Shown in pieces: positions 12,206 through 23,189 of a DNA stretch of 64,000 nucleotides. The position numbers and the translations under genes are program-made. Under the pieces are notes generated by a model. It was not told where the DNA came from. It saw only the letters and a list, made by a program, of their open reading frames with translations, and did not search any database. Each line of letters starts with the position of its first letter. Within the stretch, counting starts at the first letter, position 1. This stretch comes from Eledone cirrhosa (lineage: Eukaryota), in assembly GCA_964016885.1 (NCBI GenBank), contig OZ024742.1, positions 243,722,001 through 243,786,000 of the forward strand, in the 5' to 3' direction.

Positions 12206-13084
12206 CAGGGTGCAGACGATATTTGTTTGCAAGATTACTGTCTAGGAAAAAATAACACAGTAGTTTTATTTTTTAAGATATATTTATCAAACTTTGGTCA
12301 GTTTATCTTCATGACTTGTTCTTTCGATCTCACTCGATAAACCCGCCATTGGCTTTGATGATGGCCTCGGAACCGGCTACAGGCCTTCGTCATTGTCCCC
12401 TGACTTAGGCCCCTAAAGGCACTTGTGATCCTGGCCTTCAGATGGTCTTTCGTATTGCAGCTAGATCTGTTGGTGTCTCGTTCCACTGCGCCCCACAAAA
12501 AGAAGTCGAGGGGGTTGCAGTCAGGCGAACTGGGAGGCCAGATGTCAGGTGAAGTGTGGTCGACAAAGTTCTCTGACAGCCAGGCTTGGGTCTTTCGGCT
12601 GGTATGGCAGGGCGCTGAGTCTTGCTGCCACACGTACGGCCTACCTGCAGCTACCTGGTCGATCCAGGGCTTTACTACCTCGCTCAGAACACGGATGTAG
12701 CCATCGGTGTTCAGCTTGAGGCTCTCTGGGAAGAAGTGAGGTGGCATGACGTCACCTTGACTGCTGACGACACCTAAGACCAATGTTGTCGCTGGAAACT
12801 TTGTCTGCATGACTCTGGGCAGTCTTTGGATGAGACAGCGAGCCACCTGTTGTTCTGGGGGTTGATCTTCTGGTCTTATTTGCCCTCCCGGCGCAGATTC
12901 CAAGAAGAACTCCGTGTCTCTTCCACAAATTTGGAGGTTCAAAATTATTCATAATCAATTATTCTGAAAATAAATAATGGAAATATAGTCACTGTTTTTA
13001 TGAAGACAAGAGGACAACGGAAGTAAAAAAAATTTGCATAAAATTAGCAGTTGAAAATTGCGAACAAATATCGTACACACCCTG
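12206..13084 (-). mobile_element. Internally deleted DD37D (maT) Tc1/mariner transposon
   Basis: TIRs CAGGGTGCAGACGATATTTGTTTGCAA / TTGCGAACAAATATCGTACACACCCTG with TA flanks; QDSAPCH...WPPSSPDCNPLD has 37 residues between the second and third D. Confidence 0.92.
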
Positions 13085-13147
13085 TATATATATAGTATCA
13101 TTATTGTATATAATGTATTATATTGTATATATATTTGTGTGTGTGTG

Positions 13148-13194
<47 letters not shown>

Positions 13195-13221
13195 GTATAT
13201 GTATACATTTTTTGTCACATC

Positions 13222-13313
13222 ACCAGTCTGACGAGCAGATCAATACTGGAGTCGGGTCCATAACTCCTATGGGTTACCTTGAGCTAATCCTCTTCAAAAT
13301 GCGCGTAACAGGT
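13222..13313 (+). ncRNA. Degenerate type I hammerhead ribozyme (G12A)
   Basis: ACCAGT-CTGACGA-GCAGA...TCTTC-AAAA-TGCGCG-TA-ACAGGT; homolog of 44661-44744; AATAAA follows. Confidence 0.65.
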
Positions 13314-13574
13314 CGATACACAATAAATATTTTACATATATAAACGAAACTTCCTTGTTTTTCTATTATGTGTATAAATATATATATATATATATAAGAA
13401 TAAAATGAAATTTACAGCTCGTACCTATGCAGGTTTAGCTTGTTTCCTTTATGGTTGGATCTCATTCATTTATTTCAGTAATAAGGACCTCAGTCTTATG
13501 ATGAAACTTTACATGAAATGAAGCATCTTGCTTAAGAACACATCACACTGCTTGATCAAGGAATAAGACCTAGA

Positions 13575-13900
13575 GGCCTTGGCATAGTGGTAACATATTA
13601 GTCCTGTAGGCGCTAATGTCGATTTTTTTCTGTGAAGGGAGCTTGTATGGTCTATTATTTAGACTATTCTTCCGTAGTAAAAAAATTCACGAGAAGTTAG
13701 ATTCTTGGACCGGGTGATGCGTTGTGTCATTGAGCAAGACACTTTATTTCATGTTGCTCCAGTTTACTTTCCCTTGGACAATATTGGTGGTGTGGAGAGG
13801 GGAGACTGGTATGTATGGGTGACTGCTGGTCTTCTGCAAACAAACCTTACCCAGGCTTGTGCCTCAGAGGGGAACTTTCTAGGTGCAAAATCATGGGATC
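13575..13900 (+). mobile_element. Degenerate SINE with family A/B core and a different tail
   Basis: TGGCATAGTGG head and TTGAGCAAGACACTTTATTTCATGTTGCTCCAGTTTAC core. Confidence 0.55.
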
Positions 13901-13927
13901 TTATATATATATAATGTATATATATAT

Positions 13928-14189
13928 CACCTTGACCGACCAGTCTGTCGGGCGTCCATTCGGCGCCGCTGGTTACAGCACATGCTGTTTTAGCCATAAG
14001 ATAATGGCATCCCACTGGCTGGGTGGGCAGGCCGGTGTCTCTTCATCTCATTTTTACAGCTGAGTAAACTGGAGCAACGTGAAATAAAGTGTCTTGCTCA
14101 AGGAAACAACACATCACCCGGTCCGAGAATTGAACTCACAACCTTTCGATTGCAAGCCTAATGCTCTAACCACTAAGCCATGTGCCTTC
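13928..14189 (-). mobile_element. SINE with family A head/core and an alternative tail
   Basis: 14043-14189 matches family A; 13928-14040 is unrelated to the family A tail. Confidence 0.8.
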
Positions 14190-14651
14190 ACATATATATA
14201 TAGTTCATAGGATATGTCTGAAACTCAGATGCAGAAATAAATGTAAAGAGTTAGTTATAAATAACTTTGAAAATTAGGTAAAACCCCTAATCACTGTCTA
14301 AATTAGGCAACTTTCTTTGAATGTAAACAACATTATAGGAAATGTAAGTAACTCAGGCATAGAAAATAACTGTAAATATGCTTGTTATAGATAATGGCTT
14401 AGAAAATCAAGTATAGATGGAAAAAAATGGCCACCAGTTGCTATGAGGAATCAAACCTCATATTTTCCAGGGGATATAAACAAATATTAAATGTAAATAC
14501 AGAAATGGACACACACACACATATATATATATGATGGGCTTCCACACAGTTTCCATCTACCAAGTTTCAGTCATAAGACATTGCTCAACAGAAGGCTATA
14601 TTAAAAGACATTTACCAATGGTACAATGCAGTGATAGTGAACTCTTAACTA

Positions 14652-14816
14652 CCATATTTCCCGGCGCTGAAGATGCTTCGTCCTTGAAGACGCACCCTAA
14701 TTTTGAGAACCAAAAATTTGAAAAAACATAAACAACCTTCGGCCTCCAGGATGCATGGTAAATTTTTGAGACTTATTTTAGGAAAATAGTAGCGTCTTCG
14801 ATGCCAGGAAATACAG
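14652..14816. mobile_element. MITE (Tc1/mariner-pogo type)
   Basis: Imperfect TIRs CCATATTTCCCGGCGCTGAAGATGC / GCGTCTTCGATGCCAGGAAATACAG flanked by TA. Confidence 0.7.
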
Positions 14817-15556
14817 TAAATAGCTATGCCTGCAAAACGGGGAGAACAAGCATAAGATGATGATATTGATACAACTATATAATGTCATCATCATTTTTAT
14901 GCTGTTTTCTATGCCAACCCTTTAAGTAAGGCAATGATCTTCACATGTTGAAGTGCTGAGCTGTAAGACATTATATGATACATAAACAAGTATCAGTGGC
15001 TGACTAAATGGAGTCAATATGAATAAAAGATACATGCGGACACAAGGAGACACAATCACATATATATATATATTCAATGTGGTTTACCTTTCTCTAACTG
15101 TTATAGATCAGTCAATTATATCAATTTGATTAACCCTCCAATACGATTGTAAAACAATGAATGAAATATGTAAAATAACTTGCCTTTGTTATCATTGTTA
15201 AACTAATATGGAATATATATATATATATATATTCCATATTAGCTTAACAATTATAACAAAGGCAAGTTATTTTACATATTTCATTTTATATATATAATAT
15301 AGATTGATACATATATAAGTAGGTAGATAGATAGATATACATATCAGGCTTCCACACCATTTCCGTCAATTAATTTCACTTATAAAGCATTGGTCAGACT
15401 ATCAAGGCTAATAATATGGAGTACATAACTTCTATCGATTAGTCAATATATCAATATTATCATGGTTCATTTCACCCTTTGAAACGATTGTAAAATCTTG
15501 TCTTTTTTGTTTTCATTGTTCAATACACACACACACACATCTATCTATCTATCTAT

Positions 15557-16342
15557 ATCATCATCATCATCATCATCAGGTTTAGCGTCCGTGTTCCACG
15601 CTTGCATGGGTTTGGACGGGGGTTTTCCCACTTGAGGCAAGAGTGGTTGTCTTGCTCGCATAGGACTGTCTGGCGGGTTTTCTACAGCTGGATGCCCTTC
15701 CTAACACCAACCACATTTACAGTGTGGGGCTGGGAGGTTTTTACCGTGTTGCCTCCACGGCCACATTACAGCGTGGACTGTCTGGCGGGTTTTCTACAGC
15801 TGGATGCCCTTCCTAACACCAACCACATTTACAGTGTGGGGCTGGGTGGTTTTTACCGTGTTGCCTCCATGGCCACATTACAGCGTGGACTGTCTGGCGG
15901 GTTTTCTACAGCTGGATGCCCTTCCTAACACCAACCACATTTACAGTGTGGGGCTGGGAGGTTTTTACCGTGTTGCCTACACGGCCACATTTACAGCGTG
16001 GACTGTGTTTTTTTTTTGTCGTGACACCTACACGATCTCATTTGTTTCGGCCTGGATGGTGTGGGACCAACATAACTTTACATTGAAAGGGGCGGTGTGG
16101 ATGGGGTGGAGGTGGTGGGACGGGGGTGTATTTTGTTAGAGATGCCTACTGACTGTAGTAGGTTTTACTTTGTATTTAGGTAAGGCGAGTCTTCTCTATT
16201 ACTGAGTACCGCCAAAGGTCTCGGTCCAGTGACATTGTCTTGGAGAGGTGTAAGCGTGTGAGGTCGGAATTTATCAGCTCGTCCCATGTTTTTCTGGGTC
16301 TGCCTACTCCGTGGCTACCGTCTATCTTTATTGCCCTGCACT
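15557..16342 (-). mobile_element. RTE subfamily 2 3' end with triplicated 3' UTR segment
   Basis: Reverse complement aligns with 19780-20322; (TCA)n tail at 15557; 112-bp unit repeated three times. Confidence 0.88.
15663..16005. repeat. Tandem repeat, 3 x 112 bp
   Basis: GGACTGTCTGGCGGG recurs at 15663, 15775 and 15887. Confidence 0.95.
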
Positions 16343-16345
16343 ATA

Positions 16346-17830
16346 GGGGATGCTTTGGAGAGGAGAAATTATAGGGGTATAAAACTGATAGATCAGGTTA
16401 TGAAAGTGGCAGAAAGGATTTTAGCACAACTAATTAGAGAAAGGGTCAAACTAGATGAGATGCAGTTTGGTTTTGTGCCTGGGAAGAGTACAACAGATGC
16501 CTTCTTCTTGGCGAGACAATTGCAAGAGAGGTTCTTAGAGAAGAATAAGCCACTATACTTAGCCTTTGTTGACCTAGAGACGGCCTTTGATAGGGTACCC
16601 CGATCTGTCATCTGGTGGTCCCTAAGGAAGCTAGGTGTTGAGGAATGGCTTGTGAGGACAGTGAAAACTTTGTACAGAGGTACTCTCAGTAAAGTCAGGG
16701 TAGGAATGGAGTTTAGTGAGGAATTCCAGATACAAGTAGGAGTACATCAGGGTTCGGTCCTCAGCCCGCTCTTGTTCATTATAGTCCTCCAAGCCATAAC
16801 AGAGGAGTTCAAGACTGGCTGTCCATGGGAACTTCTCTATGCTGACGATCTGGTTCTTATAGCAGAATCAGTAGAGGAGCTGGAGAATAAATTATGGCTA
16901 TGGAAACAGCAGTTGGAAGCAAGAGGACTGAGAGTGAACCTAGCTAAGACAAAAGTGTTGATGAGTAGAAAAGAGGACAAAACCCTGATTCCGCCAGGGA
17001 AATGGCCATGTTCGATATGCAGAAAAGGAACTGGCATAAATTCTATAAAATGCACACAATGCAGATCCTGGGTACACAAGAGATGTAGCGGGATAGCAGG
17101 CAAACTAACAGGTAGGGAGAAATATGTATGCAGTAGATGTACAGGGAAATTAGACAGTAGAAGTCGCACTGATAGACACATTTTTCAAATGCAAGAGGGC
17201 GCTATAGAAGTGGTGGATAGCTTCCGGTACCTAGGAGATCAGATTAGCATGGGAGGAGGGTGTTCCGAGGCCATAGTATCTAGAATAAGGACGAGTTGGA
17301 AGAAGGTTAGGAAGCTGCTTCCTCTGTTGACGAAGAAGGGTTTCTCCCTGCGTATGAAAGGCCGGTTGTATGATGCCTGTGTGAGGAGCGTGATGCTGCA
17401 TGGTAGTGAGACATGGGCAGCAACTGCAGAGGATATGCGACAGCTGGAGAGAAATGAGGCAAGCATGCTCCGTTGGATGTGCGTGAACGACCCAGCATAA
17501 ATGTGTTGAGAGAGAAACTGTGTCTGAGAGGGATAGAATGTAGTGTACAGGAGAGGAGACTGAGGTGGTATGGACATGTGATGTGCATGGAGGATGACCG
17601 ATGGGTGAAGAAGTGCCAGGAATTGCCAGTTGAAGGAAGACGTGGTAGAGGTAGACCACGAAAAACATGGGCGGAGGTGGTGAGAACAGACCTCAGATCA
17701 TTGAAGCTCACGGTGGAGATGACGAGGGACCGTGACGATTGGAGAGATGCTGTGCTGAATAAGATCCGTCCCACCCTTGCAAGCAGGGAAAAGCGGACGT
17801 AAAATGATGATGATGATGATGATGATGATA
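16346..17830 (+). pseudogene. 5'-truncated RTE-clade LINE (subfamily 1): RT with PHD insert, one frameshift, (ATG)n tail
   Basis: NYRGIKL, QFGFVPGKSTTDA, AFVDLETAFD, GVHQGSVLSPLLF, YADD and FRYLG motifs; frameshift near 17485; stop at 17802 followed by (ATG)n. Confidence 0.95.
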
Positions 17831-17875
17831 GGTTATTAATTGTTTCTACTTATATATTATATATATATATATATA

Positions 17876-18759
17876 CGAGGTGGGTCAGAAAAGTTCCAGG
17901 ACTGATGTCACAAAGATTTATTTCAAACCCAAACTTCACACTAAGAGTTTTCTCCTTCAAAGTAATCCCCCTGGAGTCTAATGCACTTTTCCATCCTTTT
18001 CTACCATGCTTTCATGCACTGCTGGAAGGCTTCTTCCGGGATCCTCTGCAGTTCCATCGTCACGGCCTTTTTGATGTCGTCCACGTCTTCAAAACGGGTC
18101 CCCTCCAGGTCGTACTCGAAGATCCATGACTCATCACCGGTGATGACTGTCCCTAGCAAGTCTTGTTCGAAGATGTCCTGGCACACTTGCATGCGTCGAC
18201 CCTTCTGGTCATCGTTCAGCAGTTTTGGCACCATCTTCACGCAGACTTTTCGCATGTCCAAATCTTCAGTGAGAATCTTCCAGATGCTGTCCCGATTCAT
18301 GCCCAGCTCATTTACCATCAGTCGAACAGTCAACCGATGATCGCTACGCACCATCTGCCTGACGCGCTCAACGTTGACCTCAGTCCTGGTTGTTGAGAGC
18401 TTTCCGCTCCTGGGGTCATCTTCCACATCCTTGCGTCCTTCTTTAAACCTCTTGCACCACTCAAAAACACGTGAGCGTGACATCGTCTCATCTCCATACA
18501 CTTGCTGCAGCAATCCCAGTGCTTCTGGCGGAGTTTTCAAGTTTGTTCGTTGCTCTGTGCTCATTGCTTGACGACCTGTAACAGAGGACATGTATATCAA
18601 ATTATGAAGAAAAAAGTTTGATCGCTGCAGAGAGCGAGCTAAGATTACAGTTACATACTCCAGGGGGATTACTTTGAAGGAGAAAACTCTTAGTGTGAAG
18701 TTTGGGTTTGAAATAAATCTTTTGTGACATAAGTCCTGGAACTTTTCTGACACACCTCA
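17876..18759 (-). mobile_element. Internally deleted mariner element with ~102-bp TIRs
   Basis: HTH (QVYGDETMSRSRVFEWCKRFKEGR) and ITGDESWIFEYD mariner motifs; 17876-17977 is inverted at ~18657-18759; TA flanks. Confidence 0.92.
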
Positions 18760-18932
18760 TATTATATATATATTGGAAAATGTGTGAAATCCTTGGTACA
18801 GTTAGGTATATTTGAAAAAAGGAAAAGAATGACTTCACTAGTATTTGATTTAATTTTATAATATTATAATATTATAAAATTAAATCAAATTCTTTAGAAC
18901 TACAAGTGAAGTCCTTATTTTCCTTTTTTCAA

Positions 18933-18989
<57 letters not shown>

Positions 18990-18992
<3 letters not shown>

Positions 18993-20322
18993 GCAGATGA
19001 TCTAACGCTCATAGCTGAATCAATGGCCGAACTAGAGAAGAAATTCCAAACATGGAAGCATGGCCTAGAATCAAAAGGCCTTAAAATTAACCTGTCTAAG
19101 ACTAAAGTTCTAGTTTGTAGGAAAGAAAATAGGGCACCGGTCTCATCTGGGAAATGGCCATGCTCAGTGTGTAGGAAAGGAGTAGGTAGAAACTCCATTT
19201 TATGTCCCAAATGCAAAGTATGGGTGCATAAAAGATGTAGTGGGACCACAGGTAAGCTAACTAAGAACATAGATTTTATATGTGGCCGGTGCTCTGGTGC
19301 AATAAGTAGCAGCAAGTGCCCACAGAATACTAGCTCATTCCATTGCACAGATGATTCTATAGAAATAGTGGACACCTTCCGTTACTTAGGTGACAAAATC
19401 AGCAGTGCTGGAGGGTGCTCTGAAAGTACAGTAGCTAGAGTCAGAACTGGATGGAAAAAGTTCAGAGAGCTTATACCACTATTAGCCGCTAAAGGGTTCT
19501 CTCTAAAAATGAAAGGCAGGCTGTATGATGCCTGCATACGAACAGCAATGTTACATGGCAGTGAGACCTGGGCATTGTGTGCAGAGGATATACGCAGACT
19601 GGAGAGGAACGAAGCTTGCATGCTCCGCTGGATGTGTAATAGTAATATCCGTGAACGGCAAAGCATAAACAAACTAAGGGAAAAATTAGAAATAAGAGGG
19701 ATCAGATGTTGTTTACTCGAGAGAAGACTACGTTGGTATGGTCATGTGATGCGCATGAAAGACGACAGCTGTATAAAAAAGTGCAGGGCAATAAAAATAG
19801 ACGGTAGCCACGGAGTAGGCAGACCCAGAAAAACCTGAGACGACTTGATAAATTCTGACCTCACACAATTACACCTCTCCAAGACTATGTCACTGGACCG
19901 AGATCTTTGGCGCTACACAGTAATACAGAAGACCCGCCTTACCTTACTACAGTCAGTAGTCACCTCTAACAAAATACACCCCCGTCCCACTACCCCCACC
20001 CCATCCACAACACCCTTTCAATGTAAAGTTATGTTGGTACCACAACGTCCAGTCCGTAACAAATGAGGTCATGTAGGTGTCACGACAAAAAAACACACAG
20101 TCCACGCTGTAATGTGGCTGTGTAGGTAACACGGTAAAAACCTCCCAGTCCACACTGTAAACGTGGTTGGTGTTAGGAAAGGCATCCAGCCGTAGAAAAC
20201 CCGCCAGACAGTCCTATGCAAGCAAGACAACCACTCTTGCCTCAAGTGGGAAAACTCCCGTCCAAACCCATGCAAGCGTGGAAGATGGATGTTAAACGAT
20301 GATGATGATGATGATGATGATG
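18990..20322 (+). pseudogene. 5'-truncated RTE-clade LINE (subfamily 2) with PHD insert and long 3' UTR
   Basis: Starts at YADD inside (TA)n; CSVC..CPKC..WVHKRC..CGRC, FRYLG, LRWYGHV; premature stop at 19838; (GAT)n tail. Confidence 0.93.
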
Positions 20323-20459
20323 TATGTAAAAGGTAAACAGAAATAACAACACAATCGATACAGTATATGGAAGGGATATATTAGGTTAACGCTTGATATA
20401 TATTAAACAACAGAAGGTCGGACTGGAAAATTCGCTTTAAAATTTTATTTCCATGAAAT

Positions 20460-20530
20460 CACTATACATATTTCGATGGCCCAGCTCCATCATCCAATTA
20501 TAATGCAAGACGGGACGATCTCATTAGGTG
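20460..20530 (-). ncRNA. Degenerate type I hammerhead (G5A) in a PLE-like end
   Basis: Minus strand CAC-CTAATGA-GATCG...CCATC-GAAA-TATGTA-TA-GTG, followed by AATAAA. Confidence 0.5.
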
Positions 20531-20723
20531 TCAACCACAGAGATACTTAACAGGGTTACATTGAACCCAAACATATAATGGAAGATAGGGAAAATTGAAT
20601 AGAAAATTGAAAATTCAATTCGGAGACACTCTGCATAATGTTGAGTGCTTCGATTGATTTGTTACATCCTAGTTTACCAACCAGAACCACTAACTCTACC
20701 CTTTGGTAATTAAACTAACTTAA

Positions 20724-20944
20724 ACCTTTAACATTTACTTTACTCTATATTTACTTTTGTATTTTCACAATAAACACTTTATTTCACATAATTACCTCAA
20801 ATAATATTGAATCTACGAGATTTTGATATTATTTATTTTGATAACAATACCTTAACATATGTATGAGCAGCTGGTTATGGCCAGTTTGAACAGAAAGAAG
20901 TGAGAGAATTCTGGCCAAATATAGGTGGTTAAAATGCAAAATGG
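20724..20944. mobile_element. piggyBac-like (TTAA) MITE, degenerate
   Basis: TTAA flanks; inverted homolog of 60122-60338. Confidence 0.6.
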
Positions 20945-20946
20945 TT

Positions 20947-21029
<83 letters not shown>

Positions 21030-21309
21030 TTATATATATATATATATATGCAGAAAACTTATAATGAGAGTGTGGAGGAGAAAGAAAGACTTGAGTGTAA
21101 GATAACACAGACAGCAAATTAATGAAGGTTCTTGAAGACAAACAGGAGAAATTGAAAGAAACGGTATTTGCAAGGAAAATTATCCAAAGTGATATTATTT
21201 TATTCAGAAGTATAAGAATTACAATTCTTAGTTTAGCTGAAATCATAAAAATAGTAGATAAAGTAGTTCTGTTATCTCTCTCTATATATATACAGTTCTG
21301 TTATAAGCA

Positions 21310-22039
21310 AGGTACAATGTGGCAAACGGACCAGACTTGCCTCATAATGAGAGCACCCAGTTCTATACTGTAAGCCTGGCTGAGGTTCAGGAAGCTATCT
21401 ACAGTGGTAAAAACCTAGCCAAAACACACTCCCGCTATGAGCAAAGTATGGCAAGGCTAATGGACAGACCCTCCTCATGACAGGGCCACCCAGTTCCACA
21501 CTGTAAACGTGGTTGATGTTAGGAAGGAAATCCAGCCAAAATACAATTCCATTTGAGCAAGGTACGGCACGGCTAACTGGTCAGACTTGTTTCATAACGT
21601 GGACGACCCATCTAACCCAGCCAAGCATGGAAAAATAGATGTTAAACAGTGATCTAGATGATTATGATTATATATACAAAGGGTTGAGAATACTCTTCAG
21701 CTGTGACAAAGTCGTGACAATCTAACCTAGTGCTGGTGCCATGATAAAATACACACTAGAGCGTGTGAATGGAGTGAGATGCAAGTCTGGAATCTACCTA
21801 CTATATAGCAGCCCCACTTGTACACTACTCTGTCTGTGATGACCACCCAGCCTTTGTTAGTAGGGAAAACAAACGTTAAAAGATGATGACAGGTTTTCTG
21901 TAAATTTATTCTACTAAATTCACCTACTGGGCATGGGTTGGCCTGACACTATCGTAGAAGAAAAAGGTACACACTAAATCCACATAGTTATGAGTGAAGC
22001 AAACGTCTATACCACACAACCATGCCTGTACCTAATATT

Positions 22040-22081
<42 letters not shown>

Positions 22082-22760
22082 CAATAGATAAGTCATCATC
22101 ATTTTACATTTGCTTTCCATGCTGATAAAACTTTAACAGGTGGGTACAGTCTGAGAAAGTACTGTTTGGAGTTACTCTTGTCATAGACAGGTTGAAGGAC
22201 TGACTTTCATGTACGTACCATTCTTGGCCTGATATCTAATGCTAGATGCACCCCTTAACACTAATTACTTTACAGATTGTACAAGGTGCATTTTATTGTG
22301 GCATCAACACTAGAGAGGTTGCCTGTTGCCTTGTCCACTGCAAACTAATGATTCTTTCTCTTCAGCCACCATAGACTCTATTCTTTCAAAGCAAATATGT
22401 CTGAGTATGTTATTAGAAGAGGAGCTATTATGAAGAGAGTGGAATAATATGTATCATTGTTAACATCACTGTTTTACGTTTGTGTTTCATGCTGGTTAGT
22501 CAGGTTGTCACATTCTGAGACTAGATAACTCAGATGAACATGCCTTGCTCATACATTCCAGTTTGACTGGATGCCTTTTTTTGTGGCATCAGCCCTACCA
22601 CTTTACAGAGTGGGCGGAATGCATTTCATTGTGACACTAGCCTTACTACATTAAAGTGGGCTGGATGCATTTTATTGTAGCACCAGGACTACCACTTTAC
22701 AGACAGGGTTGGGTGCATTTTATTGAGGAACCAGTGCCACCATTTGCAAAGTGCATTCCA
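21310..22760. repeat. Cluster of old RTE-tail/SINE fragments
   Basis: Repeated CACTGTAAA..GTTAGGAAGG and CCATGC/GCATGG...GTTAAA..GATGA motifs in both orientations. Confidence 0.6.
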
Positions 22761-23189
22761 GTGTGCTTTGCTTCACAAGGAAGGGCAGTAAAGAGAGGTC
22801 GGGGATGAAAGCAATGCATGCACCAGGTTACAATATTTTTATTGTAATTAATGCTGGATTTATTGTTTATTACTTTTGCTACACAGTAATTTTAGTAGGT
22901 CATGAGGGCATCTGCAGGAGCTGCTTGCAGAGGAAGCCATAACTCGAGGGAGAAAGAGCATATATATATATAACAAAGAGCGTGTGGTAAGATACCAGGT
23001 TGACCATAACGCACCAGAGTACTCAACACTTAGGGTAATAGAGTGGGTAATATGAAAAGATTCAGGACTTCGATGGTTGAGCTCCGACTGTTTCGATAGC
23101 TAGATCCGATCTAGCTGTCAAAACAGCCAGAGCTCAGCCGTTGGTGTCCTGAATCTTTTCATTCATATACATACATATATATTTATATA

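Noticed and set aside
15663-16005. CRISPR-like array
   Set aside because: Whole 112-bp units are repeated with no unique spacers; eukaryotic LINE UTR
16286-16345. N-terminus (MFFWVCLL...) of the 404-aa ORF
   Set aside because: Comes from the antisense strand of the adjacent RTE copy, so it is not a real start
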